Sequence record: SRR2962707_1575
Strand: one strand, 5' to 3'
Length of the DNA: 50,028 nt
Made by a program: the position numbers and the translations under genes. This document shows positions 47,812-50,028 of the stretch, piece by piece. Below the pieces are notes generated by a model. That model ran no database searches. It was not told the origin of the DNA and worked only from the letters and a program-made list of their open reading frames with translations. Numbering within the stretch: position 1 is the first letter of the stretch; each line of letters starts with the position of its first letter.

Positions 47812-48612
47812 TCATAAAATTGATCTCAAAAAGTTTAAGAGAGCCACGTTAAACGCTTCTGGCCGCAGAAAACATGGGACATGACCGGCCTTGTCGATCA
47901 CCTCAAACCGGACGTTCGGGATTGCTCCAAACTGTCGGCGCATTGCATCTGGCATGGCCCCATCATCCGCACCGGCCATAGCTAGAAAAGGTAGGGAAAT
48001 CTCGGAAAGAACATAGGAATAATCGTAGCTCTGGAGTGCAAAGCTGGCCGAAGCAAAGCCTTCGACACGGGTTGCCGCAATCATATTCGCAAGATCCGAA
48101 ACCACTTGGGCATCAGCTGCCTCCCCTGGCAGCCACCGCCCGGCGATACTTTTGGAAAGATCAGTCAAACCAGAAGCGCGCGCCGTCTCTCGCAAATCAC
48201 GCCAAAAAGCCTCGCGGCCCTCTGCGCTTTTGGCAACTCCGTCCACAGCGACAAAGGCCTGAAACCGTTCCGGGGCACGCGCAAATGCGGCAAGCCCGCT
48301 GGGAACCCCCATCGACAAACCAACAAAGATACATCTGTCGACACTAAAGGCGTCCAGAATGGCCAACACGTCCGCGCCATAATCGTCGAAACTCATCTCA
48401 CCCTCAGCCAGGCCAGAGCTGCCATGGCCGCGTTGGTCATAACGCAGAACCGAGACAAGTTGCGTCAAAGCCGCAATCTGGCCGTGCCAAATATTCAAAT
48501 CGGTCAAAACGGAGTTTGACATCAGCAACACTGGCGACCCTTCCGGACCAGCATCAAACTGAGCATTCAAATACCCACCTTGCGCAAGCGTCACATGATT
48601 AGTCTCGACCAA
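47812..48612 (-). CDS. alpha/beta hydrolase, 3-oxoadipate enol-lactonase (PcaD)-like
   Basis: SNS..TD...W, RYDQRGHG.S, GLSMG nucleophile, G.DD, AGH; GGAGG RBS before TTG. Confidence 0.8.
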   Translation of the reverse strand: MVETNHVTLAQGGYLNAQFDAGPEGSPVLLMSNSVLTDLNIWHGQIAALTQLVSVLRYDQRGHGSSGLAEGEMSFDDYGADVLAILDAFSVDRCIFVGLSMGVPSGLAAFARAPERFQAFVAVDGVAKSAEGREAFWRDLRETARASGLTDLSKSIAGRWLPGEAADAQVVSDLANMIAATRVEGFASASFALQSYDYSYVLSEISLPFLAMAGADDGAMPDAMRRQFGAIPNVRFEVIDKAGHVPCFLRPEAFNVALLNFLRSIL

Positions 48613-49218
48613 AGTTCCACCTCCACGACCTCAGCGATTGGCACAGGTACCAACGCTCTCCAGGGCATCAAAGCCCCCTTAATTTCATGCAAAGAGAAAG
48701 GCTACGAAAGGCAGCTCAACCGGGTCAGCATCTGAAAAAATCCAAGGCTCACCGTCCTATGCATTCATAGGAATCTAAATGGCTAAATCCATAAAGTCAA
48801 TTTTATACTTTAATAAAGCTTGATATCAGTCGCCAGGCCCGTCCCTTGGCGCGCGACAGTCTTGATCGGTGCGGTTTGAAAACCCGCCTAAAGATTCCCT
48901 CGCGCCGACCCAAACCTCACTCTTGCTTTAAAGGGCTTTCTACGGCGACGCCGCCAACAGAATTCAATTCGAGACGCGACACCTACAAAAACACAGCTAT
49001 ATGATCCAAGTGAATTGGACCACCCTACCCAAAGATCAACGCCGGAGCTTTGACCCGTTCAAGCGGGGCCGTCATAGCAGGCAGCGGATCAAGACCAAGG
49101 CACGTTTCCTTAAGGAAGGATCACCGAGCTTGTTTTATGGCCTGCGCCACATCATACTTCCGCAATACTGAGCAACACCGCAACCAAGTGAAGCCGAACG
49201 CAACCCGGAGGTTTTGGC

Positions 49219-49746
49219 ATGGAAAACATTGAGATCGAGTTGTGCAAAACCATGCCATCCAAAGACGACCTAAACGGCATCCTCGCTCAGTATTATGCGC
49301 CTATTATTCAGCGCATGACCAGGATGGGTTTCGGCATCGATCCAGCCGCCCCTAAAAGCGCGCTCGCCGAATTTTGGGCAAATTCGGACGACTACCTTCC
49401 ACCAAATGGCTGTTTGGTCCTCGCGCGTAATGATGCAGGTGACATCGTGGGCTGCGGAATGATGAAACGCCTCGATCAATTCACCGGCGAATTGAAACGG
49501 GTCTTTGTGGTCGAAAGCGCTCGGGGCACAGGCACCGGAAAAGCACTTATCGAAGCACGCGAAAACGCTGCGCGGGACATGGGGCTGAAGCGTTTGATCG
49601 CAGATACGCTCACACCGAATGTTGAGATGCGGTCACTCTATCCAAAATTAGGGTTCGTCGAATTGGATGACCCAATTGAAACGACAACCTACAAAGACCA
49701 GCCCATGCTGCGCCCGCACCTGCACTATTTCTCGAAAGACCTTTAA
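49219..49746 (+). CDS. GNAT family N-acetyltransferase
   Basis: ELKRVFV...ARG.G.G acetyl-CoA motif, LY.KLGF; GGAGG RBS. Confidence 0.88.
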   Translation: MENIEIELCKTMPSKDDLNGILAQYYAPIIQRMTRMGFGIDPAAPKSALAEFWANSDDYLPPNGCLVLARNDAGDIVGCGMMKRLDQFTGELKRVFVVESARGTGTGKALIEARENAARDMGLKRLIADTLTPNVEMRSLYPKLGFVELDDPIETTTYKDQPMLRPHLHYFSKDL

Positions 49747-50028
49747 AAGCCGACCTGAGTTAAGTTGTTCAGCAAGCGATGGCTTAAAGAAGTCCATAAC
49801 CTCTGCTTTGCCACGCAGATCTCAGGTGCGTCCTCGTGTAAATTGCCACGCAATCAAAACGACCAAATCTACCCGATCAGTCCCCACAAGTCCGTCCACG
49901 CACTCGCTTCTGCGTCGGGCTCGAACCGCTCCTGCAAACGAGTCCTCCACAAACGGTCTCACATGACCGACAACCCAAGAGACCAACCTCAAAGAGTTCC
50001 GCATGTCATTGAATTTCACTTGGGAATT

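Noticed and set aside
47812-48612. Firm pcaD (and pcaC for 45914..46555) assignment
   Set aside because: Family-level motifs only; no other beta-ketoadipate genes nearby
48690-48740. Riboswitch-like GAAA hairpin
   Set aside because: Weak stem, wrong strand for the neighbouring operon, no conserved riboswitch core
49001-49171. 56-codon ORF MIQVNWTT.. upstream of the GNAT
   Set aside because: No RBS and no recognisable motif; expected by chance
49963-50028. Open frame MTDNPRDQ.. running off the window end
   Set aside because: Only 22 codons, no RBS, nothing recognisable
1-50028. CRISPR array, tRNA/rRNA, IS element, prophage or defence system
   Set aside because: No spaced direct repeats, cloverleaf, transposase, integrase or phage-like ORFs seen by eye; short RNAs could have been missed without a covariance search

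Overview
A densely coding ~55% GC bacterial window whose gene content and protein styles point to a marine Rhodobacteraceae (Roseobacter-group) genome (inference). In order: (1) an acetate-utilisation cluster (3' end of acs, adk, DUF4212, actP, cNMP/CBS/DUF294 nucleotidyltransferase, a membrane protein, and a membrane-anchored PAS-DEDDh exonuclease); (2) a degenerate BadF/GlcNAc-kinase-like gene next to an arsR-arsC fusion/gap/arsJ arsenate locus; (3) the four-gene Anbu operon (circularly permuted ATP-grasp, alpha-E, transglutaminase, proteasome-type peptidase) preceded by a perfect NtrC-type palindrome; (4) a hexonate catabolic cluster (uxuB, uxuA, RspR-like GntR, TRAP, Zn dehydrogenase); (5) an asparaginase; (6) a ~25 kb block of carboxylate/acyl-CoA catabolic genes for an unknown substrate, containing two TTT transporters, two class III CoA-transferases, a split Fe-S hydro-lyase with altered active-site motifs, tandem acyl-CoA dehydrogenases and a Ser-less alpha/beta hydrolase; (7) a GNAT. 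I saw no rRNA, tRNA, CRISPR array, transposase or integrase. All product calls come from motif recognition by eye; no database search was run.
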